A DNA stretch of 64,000 nucleotides from Octopus sinensis (lineage: Eukaryota): NCBI RefSeq assembly GCF_006345805.1, contig NC_042999.1, positions 140,492,001-140,556,000 on the forward strand, read 5' to 3'. This document shows positions 25,200 to 39,514 of this stretch, in pieces. The number at the start of each line of letters is the position of its first letter. Position 1 is the stretch's first letter. The position numbers and the translations under genes are program-made. The notes under the pieces are model-generated. The model did not search any database and was not told the origin of the DNA. It worked only from the letters and a program-made list of their open reading frames with translations.

Positions 25200-25998
25200 A
25201 TATATATGACCTAGTTGTTAGGGTGTTATATTCACAATCGAGAGATTGTGGTTTCAATTCATAGCCCAGGTGGTGCATTGTGTTCTTGAGCTTCATCGCA
25301 CATTGCTTTACAATCACTTTGACACCTGAAGCATGGTACACAGTACACCTGTTCAGACAATGTTGATTTGATGGAGAGAGTGAGCTAATGTGTAGTACAA
25401 ACATTTGATCACTATAAACAAAACAGTTGTGCAGGTTGTTTGGCAAGCTGAATGCTCATACATCATCTTCGATGGGAGCATCCATCATATATACACATAT
25501 ATACATATGCACACACACACACACACACACACATATATAAACATATATCTATGTGTATACATACACATGTATGTGAGTGAAGAAATGTGACCAAGTGGCT
25601 TAGGTAGGGTGTTTGGCTCATGATCATGTCAAGTATTCACTTCTTGGACTGAGAAGTATATTGTGTCCTTGAGTATGGCACTTCATTTCTTGTAGTTCCA
25701 GTTAACTCACCCAAAAAGCAGTACCAGCCGAATGCTGGTATAGCTTCTATCTTTCTCCAGGTGTCACACCAAAATTGATACGTGGTGGGTCAGAGAGAAC
25801 ACCATTAACACATTCTGTGATATTCTGATTTAACAGGAAATTACTTAACCAAGAGCTGAGAGATGGATGGAGCACATAAGTGAGCAGTTTGATAGAAAAT
25901 TTGCATGCCAGACAAGGTCAAAAGCTCTGTGGATATCAAGGTAACAACACTACTTTAACCAAATTTCTTCAGAATGGGAACTCAATGGTGACATCAAA

Positions 25999-26124
25999 GA
26001 GTAGAGGTTATAGCGCTTTGCTTCGGTTGAGAGTAAATAATATAAATTTGTCCTATTTGTTCCAATAATAGGACAAATTTATATTATTTACTCTCAACTG
26101 AAGCAAGACTCTATAACCTCACTC
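25999..26124. repeat. 126-bp palindrome (MITE-like)
   Basis: Perfect 32-bp arms (26026-26057 / 26067-26098) extend to about 58 bp with few mismatches. 9-nt loop. Confidence 0.9.
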
Positions 26125-27148
26125 CAGTAGATCAGGTTGGTGATCATTAAGAAGGGAAAGAGATTCAAGGTGATTGAGATTGTCTTTCAAGAAAATCTTT
26201 GGCCAGGCTTGTGCCTTAAAGAGGAACCTTTCAGGAGCAGAATCATGGCATCATAAGATAAAGAGGCCCAGAATATGTAACAAAGAGAATAAATATTTTT
26301 TTCATGGTATTTTATATTTTTTATCATAGAAAAGATATAAAGAATATATATATATATATATATATGTTGTGCTCAATTCAACCTTATGCAGAAACTATGC
26401 AGAATCTTGTATATGTTAATTTATGTGAAACAAACATGAATTACATACTCATACTGCAGTTTTGCTTGATTAGCCCTTCAACCAGCTATACATGTCAGCA
26501 GGTTGAAAAGGAATGGGTATGAAATATCTGTTTTTGACACATGAATTAATTGCATGCATAGTTTATTATGTGAAAACAGCAAACAAACAAAAAAAAAGAT
26601 ATAAAAATATATTTAAGTGCATACACATTTGCACACATATAAATGTGTATATATATATTATTTTTTTAATAGCTGCAAATACATATATGCACATACATAT
26701 ACTGAAATACAAAATATCAGGAGTTTTTTTTTTTAGTCTGTGTTCCAACAAAGACTTAACAAAATTCAAAACAGAAAACTTTCTATACTTACAAGTATTT
26801 CCAACAAGAGTTTGGACATACGAATAGCACCATTTAGGCAGAGGAAATGGAAATGATTATGGTTTTTGATAGATGCCACAGATAACAGTAGAAGATATTT
26901 TGAAGAAGTTATTTCAACAAAGGAAACTAAAATCTATGGATATACATTTCAGCAAAACTGCAGAAGCTATGTATATGTTCTTTTGGTCAAACCATGTTTC
27001 ATACTCAAAACTGTTACTAACTACTTTGGGTAAAACACTGCAGACGGTAAAGTTAAATTGTTCTAAAAACATCAGATACTGCTAGTTAGTATGAGTTGGT
27101 ACCTTTTAACTTAAATTAGTTAAGATTTTCAAGTAAATATGTGAATAG

Positions 27149-27194
<46 letters not shown>

Positions 27195-28011
27195 TAGAAG
27201 GTGCAGCTATTTGCACAGGTTAAAGGAGTAAAATTGCAGATAAGTATTCTTCCTTTGTTAATTGTGGTAAATAGTTTCATTTACTATTTTAATTCAATAA
27301 ATTTATAACATATATAGAGGTTTTTTACTTTTTAAATATTATTAACTTAAGTTTGACATAATAATGGTAATATATACTAGTATTGATAGGGGTAAATTTC
27401 ATGATAAATTATTAATTCCCATAAAGTTTATATAAATAGGTGGTTTAATTTGACGTGTTTATAGTTGATGAGGGTTTCTTATGTTTAGCACTTTCTATAT
27501 CACTATTGTATTTTTAGGTGTTTAATTTTATGAAATTTTTTTAAATTTTATAATTTTGTAATTTAAAAAATATTTTAAATATTGTAAAAATATATTAGGA
27601 AGTTATATATATATTTATTTTTATTCTTATTTTTAAAGAAGAATTATTAGAATTTGTAGGATTAAGTTGGATCCATTAATAATAAAAAATAAAAATAGCC
27701 TGAGGATGCATTGGTGGATTTATGTATTAGGTATAGCCTGGTAAAACTAACCACCAGGGCAGAAACACAAGTAGCATTGATTAATATTATCTTCTTTCCC
27801 CACAGACTAATAACAGGTAAGGTATATATATATATTAAAATATGTTTAAATAATTCTATTGTACTTTATTTTATTGTATGTTATAGTAGGTTTTAAAATG
27901 CTTATATTATTAAATTAGTATTTTGGATATAACTTTCTATGTGTACTCCAGAAAATAAGGTTGTCCTGAAATTGAAGTTGTGGTCATATTGGTAAAATCT
28001 CAAATTTGTAA

Positions 28012-28113
<102 letters not shown>

Positions 28114-30543
28114 GATGAAAGCTTTTTTGAAACAATTCAAATGAGAAGTTCCTATATGTGAAATAAAAAACAGTTGAATTTTAGATTAGTTATTAGACAC
28201 TATTTTGTTCTAGAAATTGTGAGAAAAGTAACAGAAGTTCTATTAAAATTTCAATAATCAAATTTATATCTTGACTGGAATGAAATAAAGACTATATCAC
28301 AAAATGATCACAGAAGTTTTTTCTTTTTCTTTTTTCTCAACAATCTAAGAAAATTTTTTTAGACAAACTATGACTATTTTGTGTTTATTTGTGTATGAAT
28401 ATGTATGGGTTTATTGTTTCATGAAAAGCTACTCTATGCATTTTGTAGAGTGTAAGTATTTATTGTACTATCTTGGTATCAAAAAATAGAATTGTTTAGA
28501 AATAAAATAATTCAGAGATTCCATCCATGTAAAAGTTAGTGTTACTATATTTAATGCTTGGAGCATTACAAATGTTAACTAAAAATAAATACATACGAGA
28601 AAAAGAAAATTGATAAATAATTTTTAAAAAAATGTTATTTCAGTAAAGTACATGAGATAACTCTGAGTTATTTTATCTCTACATAAGACTCACTCATTGT
28701 GTCCACTTATACAAAACCTTAGTTTGGGGGTTATCAACCCTTTTCATTCCATCAGTCTTTTGAAAGTAAATTTACCCTTATTCAGTTTTGTTCATTAGTT
28801 TGAGTTTATACTTCTACTATAATAAAACAACTAACAATGAGAAAATTTAAAGTACTATTTTAAGTAGTGTTTAATTTCAAATAACAATACAAATAGCACA
28901 TGACAATGTTAAGTTATTCATTTATGAACTAATGATAAACAGATACCAGAACTAACTAGTGTGTTGCTAATGGAGAACAGTTTTCTGAATGAGACTACAC
29001 CATTAACAATACAATAATTAAGAAGAATACAATACTTAAATACAAAATGTTAGAAAGAAAAAGATTTTAGTTTAATGCTCTTCACAAAGGAGGCCAACTT
29101 CAAATTTATAACTGAAGAAAAAGTAAAAATCCATAGCCAGTAAATACCTACCTCCCCTAAGGGTAGATTTACCCTAATTTGAGAACCCCTGCCATAGCCA
29201 CCTCATATACATTGTTCGACAGAATAGGAAAGTCAATCTAACATACTCCTGTTGCTGTAGATCAGTGATGGAATTCGATATATTTTTTTGGGTTAGTTTT
29301 TATGCTTTAGCCATATAAAGGTTTTTATTTCCTAAATTTTACCATTATTCATATTAATTCTATTTCAATGGATTAAACAGAACATATAATGATTTTGATA
29401 TCTGTTTTTGTTTGCTAATGTAAATGTTAAGAAATTTATATGGAAAACTGTTAAATTTCTGTTGTTTTCATTCTCAGTTTTTTTCTTTTTAACTTACAGT
29501 TTAAGTTTCAGAGAGTCTCATAAATATCTTTCTAGACTTTAAGAGTAGAACACGAAATAACTTGTAAATGTCTATTTGCTCTCATCAGAAGAAAACAAAG
29601 AAAGAAATACTGTCTACAGAGAAGATGTGAGCTAATCATTAAAAGAGTATTGATAATATTTCCATATCTTATATTTACTCACATAATATTTATATTTTTG
29701 TTTTATAGCATTGATTAATGTGGAAGAAGGCATTTTGAAACATGTATAACTATGTTTGAGTGACTGTATGGGAGCTGTGAAATGTACAGATCTTTGAATC
29801 AGGACTTTCACAGGTATCTAAAAGAATTATCTAATTCATGAGACATACAACTTTGTCATCCTTGATTTGAAGTGACAGCTACAACTCTCTCTTTCTCTCT
29901 CTCTCTCTCTCACACACACACAAACAAACAAAGCATAAAGCCAGGAGGTGTGAGAGGTGATTCATTTAACCATATGAATTTTATAGGGTTACAGTCATTT
30001 TGCAACTTCCTTCATATAGTATTTATTTCAGTATGCAAGAAATTATACATACATGTTTGTATTAATATGTATGTTTGGCATTATACAATACAGTTTTATA
30101 TTCACAAATTAATGCAAATAAGGAGTTGAAAATTTGATGCAATCATGATGTTCTAGCTTTCTTTATTTACATTAAACTGCAAATATACAATTATATTGTA
30201 TAATGCTGAGTATACATAAGGCAAACATACTTATAATTTCTTGTATACTGAAATAAATACTACTTGGAGAAAGTTGCAAAATAGCAATAATCCTATGGAA
30301 ATAACATGGTTAAATAAATCTATGTTCACCTCTCACATATGCTATATGATGTATATACTTTTATATACTCCTCAGAGAATAATTTATTACTTGAATTTTC
30401 TAGATCTTCAGTTACATGGTTGCTTTACATTACACTGCTTTGTAAGAGATTACTGTGTGGACTGATAGCTGAATCCGTAGGAGGAACTTACTATGATAGA
30501 CACAATTCACTGAATCTGTATGTTATACTATTCTTATATATAT

Positions 30544-30949
30544 AATAATATTAGGGAATATTATTCCAAACTTACAAGGAAAAATTGAATTTAGAAATAC
30601 TAAATCAAATTTCACAAAATATTATATATATATACATATATAAATTAGAAAAGAAAACACCTTTTATCAATTCAACAATGAAAAAATTAAATTATACCAT
30701 ATAGAAAAAAATTACATCTTATAGAAAAATTAAATATAAGATAAAAACATATACCAATGATTAAGTAATGTGCAAAATAATAAATAAAACATATATATTT
30801 GGTAGAATGACAAATCTATACGTTTTATTTATTATTTTGCACATTACTTAATCATTGGTATATGTTTTTATCTTATATAATTTTTCTATAAGATGTAATT
30901 CTATATGGTATAATTTAATTTTTTCATTGTTGAATTGATAAAAGGTGTT

Positions 30950-31013
<64 letters not shown>

Positions 31014-31843
31014 TACATATATACACACATACATATATTTATACACACACATGTATATATATATATATATATATAAATTAGAGAAAAACCACTATTATGC
31101 AATTCAAACAATGATAGACATAAACCAAATCATAAATAAAAAATAAAAAATATATTTTAAAACATAACTAGATCATAAAAAGTACAAAAATGAATAATCA
31201 ATATATAATAAGTAAAAAAAACATATATTGATTATTCATTTTTGTACTTTTTGTGATACTCTCTTTTACTTGTTTCAGTCATTTGACTGTGGCCATGCTG
31301 GAGCACTGCCTTTGGTTGAGCAAATCGACCCCGGGACTTATTCTTTGTAAGCCCAGTACTTATTCTATCGGTCTCTTTTGCCGAACCGCTAAGTGACGGG
31401 GATGTAAACACACCAGCATCGGTTGTCAAGCAATGCGAGGGGGACAAACACAGACACACAAACACATACACACATATATATATACACATATATACGACAG
31501 GCTTCTTTCAGTTTCCGTCTACCAAATCCACTCACAAGGCTTTGGTCGGCCCGAGGCTATAGTAGAAGACACTTGCCCAAGATGTCACGCAGTGGGACTG
31601 AACCCGGAACCATGTGGTTGGTAAACAAGCTACTTACCACACAGCCACTCCTGCGCCTAGTTATATGTTTTAAAAAATATATTTTATTTTTTATTTATGA
31701 TTTGGTTTATGTCTATCATTGTTTGAATTGCATAATAGTGATTTTTCTCTAATTTATATATTATATATTTATATTATGAAATTTGATTTAATACTAAATT
31801 GAATTTTTCCCTGTAAGTTTGGAGTTCTACTGCCTAATATTAT
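30544..31843. mobile_element. Foldback-like AT-rich element: outer inverted repeats enclosing two palindromes
   Basis: 30544-30620 pairs with 31771-31843. 30645-30790 pairs with 30822-30958. 31074-31206 pairs with 31223-31258 plus 31657-31757. Confidence 0.75.
31259..31658 (-). mobile_element. tRNA-derived SINE (head aggcgcaggagtggctgtgtgg) inserted in a foldback arm
   Basis: Minus-strand A/B-box-like head, internal (CA)n. A homologue lies on the plus strand at 41275-41690. Confidence 0.85.
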
Positions 31844-32149
31844 ATATATTACATGTTATGCATATATTATAAATATTTATTACATATATACATGCATATA
31901 CCTGTGTGTGCATGAGTGGGTTGCTCATGATGCTTGTTTGGGCTCTGAATTTATTGGTTAAAAAACAACTTTTTTAGAAAAATAAAACTGTGTCTGAAAA
32001 ATGTCTTACCAATCTTTCTATGCTATACTTTCAATATACAATGTTACTGAGTATTACCTGTCACATTTGCATTGATTGTACTTATTTCTTCCTCTGTTAC
32101 CACAACCTCAATATGGTCTTAAAAAGTGGGTAGGAAAAACACCCACAAA

Positions 32150-32570
32150 GCAATGTAATGGCCAGTATGTACGATTTTGTTTCTTTTACTTTTTGAGTCT
32201 GGAGGAAGGGCAATGCCCATGAACTTTGCAGGCTGTCTGAGAATTTGAATGTTTTAATGTTTCATTTAAACTGTTTTAAGTTGATACCTGCAGGAAAACT
32301 ATGGGCAACAAAATGATTTCATTGGGTTGGTGTTCTAGAGAGAATGGACTGGGTATAATGATTAGTATAGGGAGAGCTGAGAGGTTGGAAGCACTAAGAG
32401 TGATGAGAGGTGGAAAGATGAGTGGGATGAGGGTGCCCAAATGGTAGAGGTACAATACCAACCAGCTCTGAAAAACAAAGGCTATAACAATAGCGATAAA
32501 AAGACAGAGAGATAAGACAGCATACCTGTGGGACAGGGGTTGTAGCAACTCTATTAGTGATTTAATTGCA
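32150..32570 (-). mobile_element. Degenerate LINE 3' end (CR1/L2/Jockey-group RT C-terminus)
   Basis: Minus frame SFYRYCYSLCFSELVGIVP...TNHYTQSILSRT...FPAGINLKQFK with stops. Related pieces near 20760-21060 and 63840-64000. Confidence 0.6.
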
Positions 32571-35023
32571 ATTAGTAGAGTGATCTTTTTCTGGATTCAT
32601 TGCAGGATGTCTGTATGTAACAACAGCACCAACCCAGATGTGGGACCAATACTACTTATCTGGAAAGGTGGTCATGCTTTGCATACAGAGACCTATATGC
32701 TTAAAATATATCCAAATGGATGAAATGCTTCTGGAATTTGGATAATTTTCAAGAAATGAATCGAATGTAGAAGGTGACTCACAAATCTGGCAATCATTGA
32801 GTTTAGAGCATTACTTTCATATTTGTTATTTGAAATTTAATATGGTTTTGCTTGGAGGCTGGCAATGGATTTTGTAAATTTTCTTCTGAAGTTTTGCCTA
32901 CAATCAACTGATTTGTTATAGGGCTTATATATTTTGTTTTCTTACACACACATACACATGCATACTATACACATGTGTATATTTTTGTAACTTAGAGGCT
33001 AAAATAATTTAAGAAATAAATTATCCATTTCTCTCCTTATAAAATGTGAATAAACTTGTCTGTGTTGTACATTTATTAGATTTAACTAAATTATTTGTCC
33101 AGCTCTAAAATAGTGTGATTGCAGGAGAACCAGAACTCAAATAGAATACAAATGAAAAGTATTATTTTAAAAAAATTACTTATGCATATTATATATGCAT
33201 ACATTTTTAATAAATTGTTATGTGTTGAAGATTATAATTAATTTGAAGGAATTTGAATTTCCTTCAGCTATTTAGGAGAAAATAAATTTTATAAAATCTT
33301 ACAGAAAATGGAAAAGAAATGACATCATCAGATTTTGACAGTCACCAAGACGAACAACATTTTATAAAGTAATTACCAATCAAATAAACAAAAAGCTGTG
33401 TAGTAAATCTGGTAAATAGCATTTTTGATTGGTTACCAGCATTAATTAATGAAAACTCAGTATCAATTGCCAACCATAAATACACCACAAAGTAAGAAAA
33501 CACAACCACAAAAGCATTAACATATAAAAGTAAGAGATCCAGTGAATATATAAAAAGCTCAATTATCTGTTTGAGCAAAACCATGAAAATGAGAAAAAGA
33601 CAACCATATCTCATAAAAATAATTTATATATACAAATAAGAAAAGAATTAAAAAGTTTTAAAAAATCACAATACAAAAATAATTAATAAAATGTTCAACA
33701 AGATATAGCAAATGACTGGTTAAGGTAAAGTGGGCAAGCTAATAAAAAATTTGATTGAAATATTTTCGAATAAGATTCACAGAAATGAGTTTATCTTAAA
33801 AACAGATTTCAAACTATTTCAAATTACTTGAATTTATAAACCATTACTTATCACATTTGGCACATCGAATAAAGTAATTTACTGCTATTTTATTTTTTTA
33901 ACTAATTTGTTTTACTTTTTATTCTTTACAATTCCAAACTTAAGTATAATTTATTAATGCTTTGGCAACCATTAATCATATCTATTTAGCTACTTACTGA
34001 GGTCACAGAAGGACAAAATTTCATTATGACTGTGATGCAGCTAGCAATGATCTTGCTACCCATAAGAAATACAGCAGTGAACATTCCCAGTAAAGTTGAT
34101 AGTAGTAGGACAAAAAAAATCCAGTCCAAATGAGGAAGGGGTGGAGTAGGAGTGCTGACAAACTGCCAGAAGAAATCTGTTATTTTTTTATCAAGACATG
34201 TAGCACTAATGTTGTCACATCTGGTATAGTGATGTGGTAATAAGTAAGAGCATATGACTAAATACTCTTGAATAGCCTAGCATACAATCTACAGTCATAT
34301 CTCATTGTAGTTAACCCCTTGAGTATCAATAATCATGGATGAATTGCAGTAGTAAATCCTACAGATTAACCGATATGTTATTATCATCATTATTTCCACT
34401 CAGGAATCTCCATGGTCCACTAGACTAATGAATATCTCTAGTTTCCATGGTTATTAAGTGGATGAGAAAAATTATACTGCTTTGTTATAGACATTCACTA
34501 TCCAATATTTTGTCATCTTGGCTATATGCACACTCTAGATAATATTTAATTTACTTTAGTTTCATTAATAATCCAAAATAGTAAAATAGTTTCTGAGGTG
34601 ACCAGCTAATGAAAATTAACAAAGAACAGTTACATATGACAAATTAACTATAGTTTTATATATCTACACACTTTTTCTCCGTTATCTAGCCAGACTACCA
34701 TAAATTAGTATTTCCAGAATCCATGGTTCTCATTTTTTATTTTGAAAAATTATATAAATTAGGAATTGATGCTCAACTTCACTAGTTTATAAAAAGAAAC
34801 TCTAAACTCACCCCCTTAACAATATCGTTAAATACAAGTTTTAAATATAAAATAATTACTATAATTACATATATGGATCAAATAATTCAGGAGAATGACT
34901 TATTTCGGTGATTTAAATAATAGTTTTGACTGTTATTTCCAGCAGGTAGACATACTTAACATGTCCTTTGATTAATTATAATTACATATATAAATAAACA
35001 AATTCTGCATTACAATTACTAGA

Positions 35024-35055
<32 letters not shown>

Positions 35056-35058
<3 letters not shown>

Positions 35059-35402
35059 TATTATCATCATTATGATGAAACTGTCAGCTTATTTTGGTGG
35101 GTATGATGGAAAGTGCCAGCTGTCCACAGCCAGCAGACTAAGGTGACACTTGTTTACTGGTCATGCTTCAAGAACTTTACAAAGAATTTTTGCCGTTCCA
35201 AACAATGCTGATTTTTGTAGGTGTTCAACCTTTACATTTGTACCAATATTTTTCAGTCATGTTGGTAATTGAGTGCTGATACTTCCAAATGCACCAATTA
35301 CTATTGGTATTATGTCTCCTCTCCTCATTGACCACAACCTTCGCAGTTTCCACTTCAAATTGTCGTAGTTGTTCAGTTTTTCTTCTACTTTCTCTTTGAT
35401 CC

Positions 35403-35404
<2 letters not shown>
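35056..35404 (-). mobile_element. R4/Dong-like RLE LINE 3' end
   Basis: EEKLNNYDNLKWKLRRLWS...IIPIVIGAFGSI...LQKSALFGTAKILCKVLEA*. The 5' junction abuts (AAT)n at 35405-35443. Confidence 0.75.
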
Positions 35405-35445
<41 letters not shown>

Positions 35446-35743
35446 ACAAAATAATAATTTTTGAGCATCATTAATAATTTCTAATTGGTAATAAAGATGA
35501 TCTATTACATATACAGGCATGATGCATGATGTGATAGATTCAGGTAGGAAAGAACAAGTTATCATCATCATCAGTTTAACACCTACTAATGATGATGATT
35601 ATGATTATGATGATGATAAGTTATTGTCTGACATATCTGACACTTCAACAGTGAAAATGATGTGGAATCACTAAAGCTGGATATGGAAACCAGGCCATGG
35701 GCTCTGTTCATTGAGAAGGATATTTGCTATTCAATAATGCTAT

Positions 35744-35795
<52 letters not shown>

Positions 35796-37458
35796 TGTGT
35801 GTATGTGTGTTTGTGTGTGCACATGTACACACAAGAATGTATTCTAAGTTACGTATTTCATTGGCTCTTCAACAAAATAGCTGTACACTGAAACAAACAG
35901 AGAAACAGATAAGCAAGGAAATAAATAACTATCTGTATGTTTACAGGTTCATAAAACAGGATAAGAATCACGGCAAGAACAGAAGACAAATGTTCAAAAT
36001 CGAGAACAGTACTAAGGTTTAGGTAGTACAACTCACACTAAAGAGTTTTTACAACACTTGGTCTAGCACCAGAGATGCTGTCATCTACAAACGGATGAGG
36101 TCACAGCATGGTGTGCAAACCCAAAAAACACACACATACATACATACACACACATCAAAGTATATGACAACATTGTGGGAAGAAAGAAGGGTGTTGAGAA
36201 AGCAGCACAAGAGCAGTAGAAGGAAGTGGGACACACAAGAAAGCTGCACATGCATAGCAAAACTATTGCACTTATAACATTGATTTATGTTTAACAAGAC
36301 ACAAAAGGAAGTGTTTCTATGCCAGGTGAGGTATAGCTGATTGTACTGATAGCCACTCTATAGCCTCAGTATATTACTGGTACTTGTTTTTTTCCCCTTT
36401 GACAAGAGGATGAAAAGTAAAAGTAAAGTAAACAAAAAAGAGATATGACTTAAATTAAGAAATGAGGAAGCTGAAACTTTAAATGTTTCTGAAATCTAAA
36501 TAGAAAATACACTTTTGGCTTTTTTGCACACGGACTAAATTAAAATGTTGAAGTCAGAAGGTAAATTCATAGCTGTTGGATATTTCATTTTATGGTATAT
36601 CATTTTCAATTTTTACCATCATAGATTTCAATATTAACTTTAACTTGGAGATAACTTAAAAGCTTTGTAGGGAATGAAAGAATTTGAGCTGCTGTGATGT
36701 TTATGACATCTTCCAAGGCATGAGCAGCGTAAGTAAAGGAAACTTATACCAACAGTCTCAACTTATTTGAAATTTCCTCTTTTTATATATCTCAGGTGCT
36801 AGCTACTTCACAGATCAAACTATTAGTTTCTTAATATTAAGCACCAGTCAGATTTTGAAGGAAGAATGAATAATTGAATCTATTCTAGTAAAGTGGCATT
36901 GCTTATTGATGCTGGAGTGTGAAAGAGAAGAACTGATTTCAATTCAACAATGTCTAATCTGAACACTAGAATTGAAAGGAATGTTGTAACACATTTAATC
37001 CAGTGCTTTGAATTTCTTGTATTCATTCAAATATTAATCTTACTAGATACACAGTGGAATGAATGCCAATATATTACAGATAATTACATTATGATACAAA
37101 TAAAATAGCTGCATCACTGAAATGTCTGAATGAAGGAATATTAAAGTACCAGACCATATATTTATTTTTGCAAAGCATTTGAGGCTACATTTAATTCTCT
37201 TTGTCTCAATTCTCTTGTTGACAGGAATAGGTACTAGGTTATCTAAAAGTATTACATGCTGTGACTTACAAAGGGAAAGATTAACTTCTCATGCATTCAA
37301 TCCATTAAAAAACCCAGTATTATGCACCAATCATTAAAGCATAGAAATATTTTACTGATTTTCATATAAATCTGAAAGATAAAAACTGGTCTAGTTTGAT
37401 CTTTATATGCCTCAATCATCACATTAGCATCATGAATTGTTGTTTAAATTATCATATA

Positions 37459-37521
<63 letters not shown>

Positions 37522-39234
37522 ACAAAAAGCATGGTTTGGGGAAATATTTCAAATTGTAAACAATAGTGCAATTATTTTTGATTAAGTTTGAAGCAGAATT
37601 GACAAAATATATTTCAGCAAGTTGTCTGGCAGAGTTGAAAGGAAGAAAGAAAGCAAGAGGTATTTAAAGAAAAGTGGAACAAGATGGACACACACAAACA
37701 CACATGCATGTGCACACACACACATACACGAATGTATGCACACACACACACACACACACATTTATTGTGCAAGTGTAGTCAATTTTCAAAATCAGAATTA
37801 TTCATCAGGACTGATGAGCTTTATTAAATTCTAATGAATGGAAAGCAGAAGATGCAATGTTGATGCCTTATCTTTGGGCAAAGTGAAATGATCCAGTTAA
37901 ATGCATGGCATGTAGTGAGCTTGCTGAGAGATAGCTAGCTAATTAGATTGACAGAAAACTAGACAGAGACTGAATGAAAATAAATCAGAAGAAAGGTAAA
38001 TTACCACAGACAATTTAGAATGTTTACATTAAAGCTTACTCTGAGAAAATCTATATATAATAGTGGAAGTTTAGCATCCTATGAATAATCTAAAATTCTC
38101 TCTGTTAACAACCTGTCAGTATCATATAATTGAATCTTAAAAGAATTTTAGTCATTAAAATACACATAAAGCTGTTATATTAACTTTTTTTTATTTCTTA
38201 ACAGTTCAGTCTATAATGAAGAATCAAAATGTTTTGTACTTCTGTGACCTAATCACTAGCACAATTCATCTGCATCTCAGCATTACATTTTTTTTTAATA
38301 AAAGATCCAACAAAATATTTTAAATAAGTTTCAGCTGAGAGGAACAGCATTGAAATTCATTTATAATTTGTGAAAAGTAAAGCAAAGCAACAGTAGCCTT
38401 GAATTTGTGATATAAAAATTTAACTGTTATGCCTGATGATAATTATTGTCAGACTTAAAGTGCTTCTGGCGTTCACAATAACAACCCTGTTACTTGATAA
38501 TAATTCCAGAAGAAAATAATGAATTAAAATTAAATATTGGTTTTTAAGAATTAATCCTCAACAACTCACAGCTATTGAATTGCTCATGCAAAGCTAGTTA
38601 GGATTGTTAGCAGTAGTAGTAGCACTACACACAGATACACACACACACACTTCATAGTACATCTTAAGACAATAAAAAAGTATTTCATAAAATTTGAAAA
38701 ATGTTAAAAAATTGTAGTAGGATGAAATGAATGTATTTCATTTTTGGAACTGAATGCAGAGAATGAGATCTAGAATCCCAACAAGCCATTTTTAACTTTG
38801 AGTTAGAATTTCAGAATTTCTTCAAGAGACTTCTTGTCTGATGTAAATTTTTGAGATATACATGAAACTTTGAAGATGATTTTATTATCTGTATAGATAG
38901 GGAAAAGAATAGCTCATCTAAGAAATAATGTGTTCTAGCTTTAGACAGGCAAAATTTATATCAGTGGGAGGAAATGAGAAATCGTAACACTGATGTCTTT
39001 CTTAATGACACTAACAAAATAAATGAAGCAGTTTATCTCCAAGGCCAATGATTATTGATTCCCACCACTGTGCATCCCCATTACTACTTCTCACTCTTGC
39101 TTTTCATCTACCACCTTCTTAACCCCTCACTTTCTCTATCATCATATTTTTGCTTGCCATAAGCATTCATCCTGGTTCTTTTTTGGTCATTGATCTCACA
39201 TATATTCACTTTTCTTTCCAGTAATGTTATCTAT

Positions 39235-39514
39235 TTTTGTGGCACTCCATCAGTTATGAGGACGAGGGTTCCAGTTGATCAGATCAATAGAACAGCCTGC
39301 TTGTGAAATTAATGTGCAAGTGGCTGAGCACTCCACAGACATGTGTACCCTTAATGTAGTTCTTGGGGAGATTCAGCGTGACACAGTGTGTGACAAGGCT
39401 GGCCCTTTGAAATACAGGTACAACAGAAACAGGAAGAAAGAGTCTAGGAATCGAAACTGCGATCCTATGACTGCGAGTCCGCTACCCTAATCATTAGGCC
39501 ATTGCACCACCACT
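39235..39514 (-). mobile_element. tRNA-derived SINE with an internal deletion and an 11-bp TSD
   Basis: TSD atgttatctat at 39224-39234 and 39515-39525. Head and tail match the 41744 copy. Confidence 0.85.

Noticed and set aside
32270-32310. Recursive splice site ttttcctgcag|gtatca on the minus strand
   Set aside because: Weak donor, and it lies inside a decayed LINE 3' end.
34801-34820. 3-nt microexon aag|GGG|gtgagt
   Set aside because: AAG acceptor with no pyrimidine tract, expected by chance.
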